Source: Hormiphora californensis
Taxonomy: Eukaryota > Animalia > Ctenophora
NCBI GenBank assembly: GCA_020137815.1
Contig: CM035354.1
Location: 248,001 to 312,000, forward strand
Direction: 5' to 3'
Length of the DNA stretch: 64,000 bases
Every line of letters begins with the position of its first letter. The stretch's first letter is position 1. The notes under the pieces were generated by a model. The model saw only the letters and a program-made list of their open reading frames with translations. It did no database searches and was not told the origin of the DNA. Position numbers and translations under genes: made by a program. Below are positions 37,652-49,869 of the stretch, piece by piece.

Positions 37652-40600
37652 CATGCATCATGGTCATATTGGTCTATAGGAATAGTCTAAGGGGGAAGAG
37701 AGATAGAAGGAGAGAATGAGCGGTAAGCAAACAGTCGGAGCTATTCGAGGTGAAAGATCAAAATTAAAATTCAGAGCTCTGACCATGTATCAATTCTCTC
37801 ACCATGTAGCAATTTTCTGACCTCTATATAACGAATGTGCGGTTGGACCCTTTTCTTTCAATATGCGACTAATAATCACATGCAGTAGTATAGTCTCTGT
37901 GTGTACTAAAATATGAAATTATCATACGATGTAGGAGATATATTCAGATTGGAACTTTCTCTATCCTACACGTCCTTGACCTTCTCAAGGATTCTCTGAA
38001 GGTTCAATTCCCAGTGAAACCCAGTATTTTCCCTCTCAATTTCTTCCCTATCTAATTCTTACTCGGAGCACCATCAGCAACAAGAATATTATAACGGTGT
38101 TACTATGTGATATATTGTGATGTGAATGTGAAAGAGGCACTATAATGGGTCCAGAGAGTTGAATATCACGTATTAGGTTCAATTCTTGTTCCTGACATCT
38201 TCATTCTTCACCACCCCCATCAGAAATTCGCCAGGCGAAACCTCCACTCCTCGCGAATTTCTGATGGTGGCATGTTTTGTGTGGGAATTCTAAGATAGTA
38301 CCCTCTGATCTGATTTGAGCATGACTTACCACTATAATATTGTACCCGATATATACCTATTATACTCACAATATTGTACTCACAAGTACAACTCAATTCT
38401 ATTTAGAGAGACCGCGGGAGACTCTTTTGGGACTGCAAAGTCAAACGACACATCGTCGACTTTGATTGCAAGTTTTATAGTGCTGAGGTCAGTGACTTAA
38501 AAATGTAAAATTGTAACCATCCCCCCGCTGTTTTTTATACGTCCGCTTTACGTGCCAATAAGTGAGAGCTGGTGAGAGTGAGAGATAAAAAAACTTGAAA
38601 TATATAGCGACCATGAATTATTTGGGGCTATAATGCGACTTGCGAGTGAAAACATTAAAAAAACCATCATGAAATATACTGCTGAAACTTGGAAACTGTA
38701 CTTTACAACTGTACTAAGTACAGTTTCCGAGTACTGTACTTTTCCTCACTGACCTCCAGCTTCATTTTCATATAGAAATACATCATGGACCGACCGAATC
38801 AGGAAATACTGGTCCCTGATTGGCTGATAACCAGTCACGTGACCTAAATAACGAGTTCTGATTGGTTGTTTACTTGTTTCGGTCGGTTCCTGAAATACAC
38901 ATGCAGTGCTGCAATCCTCTCTCTTTCTGTGTGTGAGTGTGTGTCTCTCAATGTGTGCACCCGATATATAAATCATTTTCATGTTGCATGAACTAATCAC
39001 AGCTATGTGTGTGTTAATTTCTTATTCTAAAACATTCCTATAATTACCTGTTTGGTACTGGAGCCGTCCCGATCTGAAAGAATCAACTCGGGGACGGCCA
39101 CCCCAGGCAGCTTTCAAAGTGATATATAACACAGTCGGACCCCAACTAACCGGGATGCCCCGGAAAATCGGGGTCTGCAGACTGTAATATATCATCTTGA
39201 TATAATGTGTTTGCTCACTAGTAGAGGGGTTGTAGCACCGGGAGGTAATGAGTAAACACACACACACGCATTGAGCAAGCTCAATGTTTAGCTATTCTCC
39301 GGCTGGGTATTATAGGGCTGAGGTACTGGCAAGATATAGTAGGATCGCTACTGCCCACATGTCAAGTCTATTCGGATATACAAGTTTAAAAGGTTGGGGG
39401 GTCACAGGGACCGTCTTAGCTTCGCTCCCCGTTAACATCGCCTGTAACCGGGGGTCCACTAAGCTCTCATATATACTCGGCCATTACTCCCAACCACTAG
39501 TAGTGGTTTTCAGTACCTCTTATACTGGTAAATCCGTATAGAAACAATCCTTGTGTTTTAATAGCGATCACTCCGTATATCTTGCACTGACCCAGTATTA
39601 CCACACATTATTAATGTGTGGTAATACTGGGTCAGTGCAAGATATACGGAGTGATCGCTATTAAAACACAAGGATTGTTTCTATACGGATTTACCAGTAT
39701 AAGAGGTACTGAAAACCACTACTAGTGGTTGGGAGTAATGGCCGAGTATATATGAGAGCTTAGTGGACCCCCGGTTACAGGCGATGTTAACGGGGAGCGA
39801 AGCTAAGACGGTCCCTGTGACCCCCCAACCTTTTAAACTTGTATATCCGAATAGACTTGACATGTGGGCAGTAGCGATCCTACTATATCTTGCCAGTACC
39901 TCAGCCCTATAATACCCAGCCGGAGAATAGCTAAACATTGAGCTTGCTCAATGCGTGTGTGTGTGTTTACTCGTGTTTGCTCACCACCCCTCTCTGATAT
40001 CAGGTGGGAGATGACCAGGAGGACGGTTTGGAGGGGAGCGAGTCAGACCTGCCCATCAATCCCAGCAGGAGTTGGGAGCAGTTCATGGAAAAGAACAATA
40101 AGGATGAGCTGGAGGAGGCGCAACCTGAAATTGAGAAGGATTACAACCATGCGACTAAGAGCACTGGCAGTGATCCATGGGTAAATAGGGGGTAACTAGG
40201 GAGTAACTAGGAAGAGGGGTAACTAGGGAAAGGGGTAACTAGGGGGTAACTATACTTGGGAGTTGTGGGTAACAAGGCAGTGATCCATGGGTAACTAGGG
40301 GGTAACTAGGGGGTAACTAGGAAGAGGGGTAACTAGAGGGTAACTAGGGGGTAACTAGGAAGAGGGGTAACTAGGGATAAATAGGGGTGACTAGAGGGTA
40401 ACTAGGGATAACTATACTTGGGAGTTGTGGGTAACAAGGCAGTGATCCATGGGTAACTAGGGGATAACTAGGGAGTAACTAGGAAGAGGGGTAACTAGGG
40501 AAAGGGGTAACTAGGGGATAACTATACTTGGGAGTTGTGGGTACCAAGGCAGTGATCCATGGGTAACTAGGGGGTAACTAGGAAGAGGGGTAACTAGGGA

Positions 40601-43600
40601 TAAATAGGGGTGACTAGAGGGTAACTAGGGATAACTATACTTGGGAGTTGTGGGTAACAAGGCAGTGATCCATGGGTAACTAGGGGGTAACTAGGGATAA
40701 ATAGGGGTGACTAGAGGGTAACTAGGGATATGTAGGGGTTACTAGGGTCTAGGGACAACAAGGGTGTTACTAGAGGGAGGGGGTAACTAGGAGAAAACTA
40801 AGGGTGGCTAGGCATCTTGAATTATTTAAGTTATTGGTAACCGAGGGTAACTTATGGGGCATGGGGCATGGGTATGGGCCTTGGGTAACAGTCAGGAACC
40901 GACCGAAATAAGTAAACAACCAATCAGAACTCGATATTTAGGTCACGTGACTGGTTATCAGCCAATCAGGGACCAGTATTTCCTGATTCGGTCGGTTCCT
41001 GGCAACCGTATGACTATAAGCTAACCGTTACCCCCTCCATCAGACAGGATGGACGTCCATTCCCGGACCCCAAGGACCACCTGGACCACCGGGACTTCTT
41101 GTTCTTGAGGAATTCTCTGAAGCACTCCGTCTTATTCAGGGTAACTATAGGGCTGAGTTATAATAGGGCTGAGTTATAATGGGGTTGTTATTCAGGGTAA
41201 CTATATAATAGGGCTGAGTTATAATGGGGTTGTTATTCAGGGTAACTATATAATGGGGATGAGTTATAATGGGGTTGTTATTCAGGGTAACTATATAATG
41301 GGGATGAGTTATAATGGGGTTGTTATGGAGTATGGGGTTGTTAATGTTATGGGGTTATGGAATAGGGTTACTATGGGATTGGGAAGTAACTTTATATATG
41401 ATTGATCAACATTCTAAACAATATTCTAAAGCTAAGATTCAGAGGGTGGCCGTGTTAATGTTAACATTTCTTCAGAATCCGAGGGTGGCCGTGTTAATGT
41501 TAACATTTCTTCAGAATCCGAGGGTGGCCGTGTTAATGTTAACATTTTTTCAGAATCCGAGGGTGGCCGTGTTAATGTTAACATTTCTTCAGAATCCGAG
41601 GGTGGCCGTGTTAATGTTAACATTTCTTCAGAATCAGAGGGTGGCCGTGTTAATGTTAACATTTCTTCAGAATCAGAGGGTGGCCGTGTTAATGTTAACA
41701 TTTCTTCAGAATCAGAGGGTGGCCGTGTTAATGTTAACATTTCTTCAGAATCAGAGGGTGGCCGTGTTAATGTTAACATTTCTTCAGAATCAGAGGGTGG
41801 CCGTGTTAATGTTAACATTTCTTCAGAATCAGAGGGTGGCCGTGTTAATGTTAACATTTCTTCAGAATCAGAGGGTGGCCGTGTTAATGTTAACATTTCT
41901 TCAGAATCAGAGGGTGGCCGTGTTAATGTTAACATTTCTTCAGAATCAGAGGGTGGCCGTGTTAATGTTAACATTTCTTCAGAATCAGAGGGTGGCCGTG
42001 TTAATGTTAACATTTCTTCAGAATCAGAGGGTGGCCGTGTTAATGTTAACATTTCTTCAGAATCAGAGGGTGGCCGTGTTAATGTTAACATTTCTTCAGA
42101 ATCAGAGGGTGGCCGTGTTAATGTTAACATTTCTTCAGAATCCGAGGGTGGCCGTGTTAATGTTAACATTTCTTCAGAATCCGAGGGTGGCCGTGTTAAT
42201 GTTAACATTTCTTCAGAATCCGAGGGTGGCCGTGTTAATGTTAACATGTTTAAGGGGTGGCCGTGTTAATGTTAACATTTCTTCAGAATCAGAGGGTGGC
42301 CGTGTTAATGTTAACATTTCTTCAGAATCCGAGGGTGGCCGTGTTAATGTTAACATTTCTTCAGAATCCGAGGGTGGCCGTGTTAATGTTAACATTTCTT
42401 CAGAATCCGAGGGTGGCCGTGTTAATGTTAACATTTCTTCAGAATCCGGGGGTGGCCGTGTTAATGTTAACATTTCTTCAGAATCCGAGGGTGGCCGTGT
42501 TAATGTTAACATTTCTTCAGAATCCGAGGGTGGCCGTGTTAATGTTAACATTTCTTCAGAATCCGAGGGTGGCCGTGTTAATGTTAACATTTCTTCAGAA
42601 TCCGGGGGTGGCCGTGTTAATGTTAACATTTCTTCAGAATCCGAGGGTGGCCGTGTTAATGTTAACATTTCTTCAGAATCCGAGGGTGGCCGTGTTAATG
42701 TTAACATTTCTTCAGAATCCGAGGGTGGCCGTGTTAATGTTAACATTTCTTCAGAATCCGAGGGTGGCCGTGTTAATGTTAACATTTCTTCAGAATCCGG
42801 GGGTGGCCGTGTTAATGTTAACATTTCTTCAGAATCCGAGGGTGGCCGTGTTAATGTTAACATTTCTTCAGAATCCGAGGGTGGCCGTGTTAATGTTAAC
42901 ATTTCTTCAGAATCCGAGGGTGGCCGTGTTAATGTTAACATTTCTTCAGAATCCGGGGGTGGCCGTGTTAATGTTAACATTTCTTCAGAATCCGAGGGTG
43001 GCCGTGTTAATGTTAACATTTCTTCAGAATCCGAGGGTGGCCGTGTTAATGTTAACATTTCTTCAGAATCAGAGGGTGGCCGTGTTAATGTTAACATTTC
43101 TTCAGAATCCGAGGGTGGCCGTGTTAATGTTAACATTTCTTCAGAATCCGAGGGTGGCCGTGTTACTGTTAACATTTCTTCAGAATCCGAGGGTGGCCGT
43201 GTTAATGTTAACATTTCTTCAGAATCCGAGGGTGGCCGTGTCAAGATGACTAGGAAGAACAGGAAGATTCTAAAGAATGGACCAATACTGAACATTGTAT
43301 TTGCCAATGTCGGCTCAGAGGGATCACTAGACGAGTCGATTAACTACGTAAGTTATCACTTGTAGTTTTTTAACAAAGAGTTAACATTAACAATGGTAAC
43401 CATGGTAACACATGATATGGTAACCATGGTAACACATGTGTGTTTTATTCATTTTGATTGATACATGCAGTGTGAGAGACACTTCTAAACCATCCTGCTA
43501 GCAGTCTGATGGAGATGGCCAGGGAGGTTTCTACGGTTCCCCAAAGTCTGATATATTCCTCCAGAGGCTCACCCGACTTCGCATCAACAACTTCTCCAAG

Positions 43601-46600
43601 CCCAAGGTAATATTACCCAAACCCAAGGTAACCAGCTGCCCCAAACCAAAGGTAACCAGGGTAACCCAAGGTAACCAGCTGCCCCAAACCAAAGGTAACC
43701 AGGGTAACCCAAGGTAACCAGCTGCCCCAAACCAAAGGTAACCAGGGTAACCAGGGTAACCCAAGGTAACCAGCTGCCCTAAACCAAAGGTAACCAGGGT
43801 AACCCAAGGTAACCAGCTGCCCTAAACCAAAGGTAACCAGGGTAACCCAAGGTAACCAGCTGCCCCAAACCAAAGGTAACCAGGGTAACCCAAGGTAACC
43901 AGCTGCCCTAAAGCAAAGGTTACCAGGGTAACCCAAGGTAACCAGGGTAACCCAAGGTAACCAGGGTAACCCAAGATAACCAGCTGCCCCAAACCAAAGG
44001 TAACCAGGGTAACCCAAGGTAACCAGCTGCCCTAAACCAAAGGTAACCAGGGTAACCAGCTGCCCCAAACCAAAGGTAACCAGGGTAACCCAAGGTAACC
44101 AGCTGCCCTAAAGCAAAGGTAACCAGGGTAACCCAAGGTAACCAGCTGCCCTAAAACAGTCCTTATCATCCCCTGTCAGTATTATCTTCCTAGTAGATTA
44201 TTGTTACTTGTTGAGTACAAATTATTACAGGTAAGGTTCACTTCTTTTCCCCTTAATTCCTAATTTCTCGCTATTTTTAACCCCTCCCTCCATCTCCCAC
44301 CAGGCCTCACCAGGATCATTCACCTTCAACAGTGGCATTGAGTTCAACCACCGCAGTGGGGCCATCACAGCGGTCCAGACGGGTGCCTACCTTGTCAGTG
44401 CCACCATCAACCTCCAGAGAATACCTGGTACCGAGGACGAGGTGCCAACATTTGAGGACAACATTACAGGCCGACTGTGTACTGATGATGATTGTATCTT
44501 GTGGTAAGTGGGAATTCCTAAATACAGGGTGTCAGCCCAGTCATGACCCCAAAATCACAAAGACAGTGGGACACCCTGTACAATAGGGGTTGCTAAGTCG
44601 GAATGAATCGCTATGAATCATATTTCCTGTTATTCATTGGGGAATTATCTACTGATATCCGGAGTTTCAGCCCAAACGGTTGAGCCACTAAGGATCGCAA
44701 GCCACTTTTGTGACCCTTGTTTTTGCTGTTTATTGCAGTGTGCATGGGTTGTATTCGTGCACATACGGTTGTATAGTATAAAATTGGGTCTTTATAGTCA
44801 AATATCGATATGAATCATATTTCCTGTTATTTATTGGGTAATTATCTACAGATATCCGGAGTTTCAGCCCAAACGGTTGAGCCACTAAGGATCGCAAGCC
44901 ACTTTTGTGACCCTTGTTTTTGGTGAAAAATCGGGAAAAAATCGAAAAAAAATTTTAAAATTTCAAAATTTCAAAACACGGAAATTAGTTCATAGAACAT
45001 CCCAATACATGTGCAAGACTTTAAAATTGAGTATTCAAAAATTTCAACTTAGCAACAGTACAGTACAGTACAGTACAGTACAGTACAGTACAGTACAGTA
45101 CAGTGTACAACTCAAACTAAAAAGGCCCTTACTTGGCCTTGGGTTTTATGAAACTTCCAACGGTTAGAATTCTATTATCTGATTACATAATAAAATTCTA
45201 AAAAATCCTGTCCCTAAATCGGGGTGCCACTAAATCGGGGGCCACTAAATCGGGGTCCGACTGTATCTGATTATATAGACTTCAAATTTGAAGAACACTC
45301 CCTATCATGGGAAAGTGACTTTGAATGTTTTTAAGTTAGGGTTACTTTAGAACCTGGTTTATATCGGTACATGTCTAATACCGACATAACACACTGCACC
45401 CATGATTTGTTGAGTAACCCCAGGAACCGACCGAAACAAGTAAACAACCAATCAGAACGCGTTATTTAGGTCATGTGACTTGTTATCAGCCAATCAGGGA
45501 CCAGTATCTCCTGATTCGGTCGGTTCCTGCTCAACAACACCTGTACCGTGTGTGTCATTGTGTGATATATTGTGAAGCATGCAGTGTCATCTCTATCAAG
45601 CAGTCGACTGTCTCACAGCAGCTGTGGAATTCGGAGAACTACATTATATCTGTGCAGTTGATCCGAATGCCACCTACTATAATAATCGGCAAATGCAATT
45701 CTATCTTCTCCCCATGGGAGGGAGGGAGGGGTGGGAGTAAACAACCAATCAGAACGCGTTATTTAGGTCACGTGACTTGTTATCAGCCAATCAGGGACCA
45801 GGGAGGGAGGGGTGGGAGTATCGGGTAGCAACAGGATGTCTACATATGATGTCTACTGCCCACCACCCCCCCTCCAGTAGCGGGGTGCCGCTGCTAGTTG
45901 TGTCGGGTCCCATACAGTGTATGGCATACACACGGTGTCCCTTAAGGAGGTGAAACCTCGACTAGATAAAGTTTTTTGGAGACCGGACCTAGGTTACGTA
46001 TTTTTGACCGAGGAATCCGAAAAACATAAAATTAAAATCGAAAACGTAGCGGTTTTTGCGTAAAACGGCAAAAACTGTCATTTTTCAGCGATTTTCGACT
46101 TTTTACGCTTTCTAGAGATTTAAAAAATATTTCCTTACAAGATATGATCTTGTGCTTCTAGACTAATAAAATACAATCGATTTGCTACAAATTGGTCCCG
46201 GGTTTGTGTGATTTGGTCAAAAGCTCTCTTTACTGTGGCCCATCAAAGATGGCCACTCTGCAAATACGTTTTTGGCTCCTGTGGCCGCAGATGTAAACCA
46301 AAAGAAGATTTATTATACACCAAAATTTGCGTCTTCTGAAGGCGAACAACCTGGTTTTTACGAAATTTGATTTCATGCAGGCGTTCAAAAATTACAGCCG
46401 AAAAACTGGTACAGTGGATTTCGGAAATACCCCTACTTCAACAAACCCTAATCCAGATGAGATTTCGAAAAATATACATCTTTATACATGAAAATGAAGC
46501 TCAGACAAATGCCAACGTGATGCAAAAAACGGGAAGTGTGTAACTTATTTCGTTTAGAAGCTATAGCGAAAATAAAAGTGCTTGTATTTGCCTTGAAAAC

Positions 46601-49600
46601 ACCCTCTAAAAACCATACTTTCAGACAATTTCTGACAATTTCAAACAAATTCTGTCCACAGGGGGCTAAGTTGGTGCACTGGAGGTGACATTGGGGGGGA
46701 CGTCACCTTTTTTTTTGCCCACTGCCCACATTATTCTTAAATTTTGAATTTGCCCACATGGGCAAAAGTGGGCAAAAGTGGGCAAAAGTAGGCAAAAGTA
46801 GGCAAAAAATTTAAATCCATAAAAAATATATGCTATCAACCAGGTAATCGTCTGTGACAAAGGTTTTTCACCACCAATGTTCTCCTAGAGGTCCCCCCTA
46901 TCGATTCCAACCGATAATTTATTTGCTCAGGGTTGATAAGGCTCCATATCCAACTGGGAAAATGGGCAAAATATGTTGGCAAAATTACGAAAATTGATCA
47001 TTTTAGGCACGTTTCTCACATGGTTGGAGTGGAAAATTTTTCTGGTTTTTCTGGGACCCCATTGGAGTACAATGCAAGTGGAAAACCTTTGTTATGTATC
47101 AGTTCCCTAAATAGCCCCAAAATGACGAAAAATCACTGGCCTTTGCCTAATTTTGCCAAATTTTTTTGCCCACTTTTGTCCAGTCGGACATGGAGCCTTA
47201 TCAACCCTAAGTCATAAGTAAGTACATTAATTATCGGTTGGAATCGATAGAGGGGACCTCTTGGAAGACATTGGAGGTGAAAAACATTTGTCACAGAGGG
47301 TTTTCTGGTAAAGTTTTGATGCTTATAATATTTTTGCCCACTTTTTGCCCACTTTGCCCACATTATACCTGTTTTTTGAGATTTTGGTTTGCCCATGTGG
47401 GCAAATGTGGGCAAAAGTGGGCAAAAAAAAAGGTGACGTCCCCCCCGTGACATTTTATTCGTATTGCATTTTTAGACAGATTTGCTATTTTTCAGGGCTT
47501 TTAGAGGATGTTTTCAAGGCAAATACAAGCACTTTTATTTTCGCTATAGCTTCTAACCGAAATAAGTTACACACTTCCCGTTTTTTGCATCACGTTGGCA
47601 TTTGTCTGAGCTTCATTTTCATGTATAAAGATGTATATTTTTCGAAATCTCATCTGGATTAGGGTTTGTTGAAGTAGGGGTATTTCCGAAATCCACTGTA
47701 CCAGTTTTTCGGCTGTAATTTTTGAACGCCTGCATGAAATCAAATTTCGTAAAAACCAGGTTGTTCGCCTTCAGAAGACGCAAATTTTGGTGTATAATAA
47801 ATCTTCTTTTGGTTTACATCTGCGAACCAAGAACGATATTCATCAGAAGAAAATCGACGAGATCAAAAACATGATGACTACAGCTGAAATCAGAAACCTG
47901 GACCTACTCATGGAAAAGGGGGCCTCATCCTGGTTAACATGTCTCCCTCTCCAATCTTTGAACTTCACCCTCAACAGACAGGAGTGGCACGACGCCATGT
48001 CAGCCCGTTATAACCTGCCTCTCGTCGGACAGGCCTTACCTCAGCATTGTGCATGTGGGGAAGAAAACACCATCGATCACCTCATATCCTGTAAACTCGG
48101 AGGTTTTGTATGTTTCCGACACAACAACGTGAGAGATTTCATTGGCCACGAACTGAATAAAGTATGTGTCGACACTAAGATCGAACCCCATCTCCTAAAT
48201 GTTAGAGGGGTGAATCTTCCGGCTGGCACTATAACAGCCGATGGCGCCAGACTTGACATCAGTAGTCGCGGCTTTTGGTCGGATATGGACAATATCTATT
48301 TCGATGTAAGGATTTTCAATCCAAGGATATCGTCCAACTCAAACCAGACCATCGCCAAAACATATGAAAAACACGAGAGAGAGAAGAAAACATCCTACCT
48401 CCACCGTGTCCTAGAGGTGGAAAAGTCAACATTCACACCACTGGTCATGTCAACTACAGGGGGCCTTGGAAGGGAATTTAATAAGACTTTGAAACAATTG
48501 GCTGAGAAGAAGGCGACTAAAACAGGATATTCATACGATCAGTGTATCCGGTACCTGAGGCTAAGGTTGTCATTTGCCATGGTCCGCTCCGTCACCATTT
48601 CCATCAGGGGGCACCGCGGACGACTGAGGGCAGAAGGCAGCAGCGGTCGGGATGACAGTATCTACCAAATAGACTAAATCTTTTATTTATATAATTTATT
48701 GACCCCGTTTGTTTAATTTATTATTGACATTGTAAGTGTGTGTACCACTATTTATATTCAAGGCCAATATCGGCCGACCCCCCCCCCCCCCCCGTTTACA
48801 TCTGCGGCCACAGGAGCCAAAAACGTATTTGCAGAGTGGCCATCTTTGATGGGCCACAGTAAAGAGAGCTTTTGACCAAATCACACAAACCCGGGACCAA
48901 TTTGTAGCAAATCGATTGTATTTTATTAGTCTAGAAGCACAAGATCATATCTTGTAAGGAAATATTTTTTAAATCTCTAGAAAGCGTAAAAAGTCGAAAA
49001 TCGCTGAAAAATGACAGTTTTTGCCGTTTTACGCAAAAACCGCTACGTTTTCGATTTTAATTTTATGTTTTTCGGATTCCTCGGTCAAAAATACGTAACC
49101 TAGGTCCGGTCTCCAAAAAACTTTATCTAGTCGAGGTTTCACCTCCTTAAGGGACACCGTGTACACACACATTCCACCATTCACATAGTACCCCCACCGC
49201 TGCTAGTCTTTCGTCGTGATCACAATTGCATACGTCACACACAGACTGTGTGACACAGTGTAGCAAGTAGCTAGATCTAATTCTCCTCCTTCTGTTACAC
49301 AGGGCCTTGGAGACGCGTGTCCCTGTTCTTAACACCAAGTTCAGTCACCTCAAACTTGATGGTGTCATCAGAATAGAGGTAAGCGCCCCATCCTGTCAGG
49401 CCAATGATATCTGACCACAGTTCTCGTGCGAAGGAAATGAGAATAGGGCCAGGCCAATGCTCTGACAGATCCTACCCTTGAGTGGGGGAAATTGTTCCCA
49501 TAATTCCCCCATCCTCCCCTCCGCCCAATTTTCCCTTTCCCGGTATTGGTGGTTTTGTTAGGTACCATGAATACCTATCCAGCGGCATCTCCCTAACCCC

Positions 49601-49869
49601 ACCCCTCTCTAACCCCACCCCTCTCTAACCCCATCTCTCTCCCTAACCCCATCCCTCTCTAACCCCATCTCTCTCCCTAACCCCACCCCTCTTTTTCTAA
49701 CCCCCATCATTCTCTCTCTATAACCGCCGTTCCTCCCTCTAACCCGCTTCTCTCTACACAGGTCGGCAAGCAGGTCTACTTGTACGTGGAAAACAACTCC
49801 GGACTAAGTTTCAAGGTTCTCAGAACCTCATCTTTCTCAGCTCACATGCTCGGTGACGATGGTGTTTAG
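36250..49869 (+). CDS. Secreted adipolin/erythroferrone (FAM132, C1QTNF12/ERFE)-like C1q/TNF protein. Exons: 36250-36318, 37016-37105, 40004-40180, 41044-41140, 43223-43347, 43505-43606, 44304-44503, 49303-49378, 49762-49869
   Basis: Signal peptide MRALVLVYLIVAYCSA; NPSRSWEQFM (cf. DPRDAWMLF); short collagen GPQGPPGPPG followed by LEEFSEAL; C1q/TNF domain SGAITAVQTGAYLVSATINL...LCTDDDC...LETRV...VYLYVENNSG...SSFSAHMLG. All junctions phase correctly. Confidence 0.85.
38784..38892. mobile_element. 109-bp hAT-like MITE; further copies at 40893-41001, 45421-45529, 49892-50000, 57185-57290 and 59663-59771; partial copies at ~3984, ~4079 and ~45736
   Basis: Same internal sequence and TIRs; TSD GAACTGAG at the 57185 copy. 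Confidence 0.9.
39250..39972. repeat. Perfect palindrome: 361-bp arms with a 1-nt spacer (39611)
   Basis: The arms are reverse complements; identical ORFs appear on both strands in the ORF track. Confidence 0.95.
40166..40760 (+). repeat. Donor-site minisatellite (GGCAGTGATCCATGG|GTAACTAGG)
   Basis: Exon 3' end plus GT donor recopied at ~40276, 40438, 40548 and 40661 among GGGTAACTA subrepeats. Confidence 0.9.
41437..43241 (+). repeat. 39-bp minisatellite (~46 copies) made of a 3' splice site plus exon start
   Basis: Unit TAATGTTAACATTTCTTCAG|AATC(C/A)GAGGGTGGCCGTGT; one interruption at ~42248. Confidence 0.97.
43601..44155 (+). repeat. Donor-site minisatellite (CCCAAG|GTAACCAG)
   Basis: Tandem units beginning at the exon 6 donor (43606). 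Confidence 0.9.
46693..47446. mobile_element. Nested non-autonomous DNA transposon with G7/C7 termini and 8-bp TSD
   Basis: GTGACATT|GGGGGGGACGTCACCTTTT...AAAAGGTGACGTCCCCCCC|GTGACATT; GGGCAAAAGT subrepeats. Confidence 0.85.
47825..48793 (+). mobile_element. 5'-truncated CRE-clade-like non-LTR retrotransposon (CCHC zinc finger plus restriction-like endonuclease), C16 tail, 13-bp TSD
   Basis: ORF to 48677: GASSWL..LP, CACG....DHLISCKLGG..RHNNVRD, EP, RLDI..RGFW, FDVRIFNP, EREKK..Y, FTPLVMSTTGGLG. TSD GTTTACATCTGCG at 47812-47824 and 48794-48806. Confidence 0.85.

Larger units (their letters stand above)
45946..49146. mobile_element. Foldback DNA transposon, TTAA TSD (Kolobok-like), carrying two nested insertions; partial copy at 56105-56272
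   Basis: TTAA|GGAGGTGAAACCTCGAC...GTCGAGGTTTCACCTCC|TTAA; ~650-bp inverted arms. Confidence 0.88.

Noticed and set aside
41314-43365. 683-aa ORF and overlapping repetitive ORFs as standalone genes or a CRISPR-like array
   Set aside because: They are products of a stop-free 39-bp tandem repeat with no unique spacers. Only the 3' end is a real exon.
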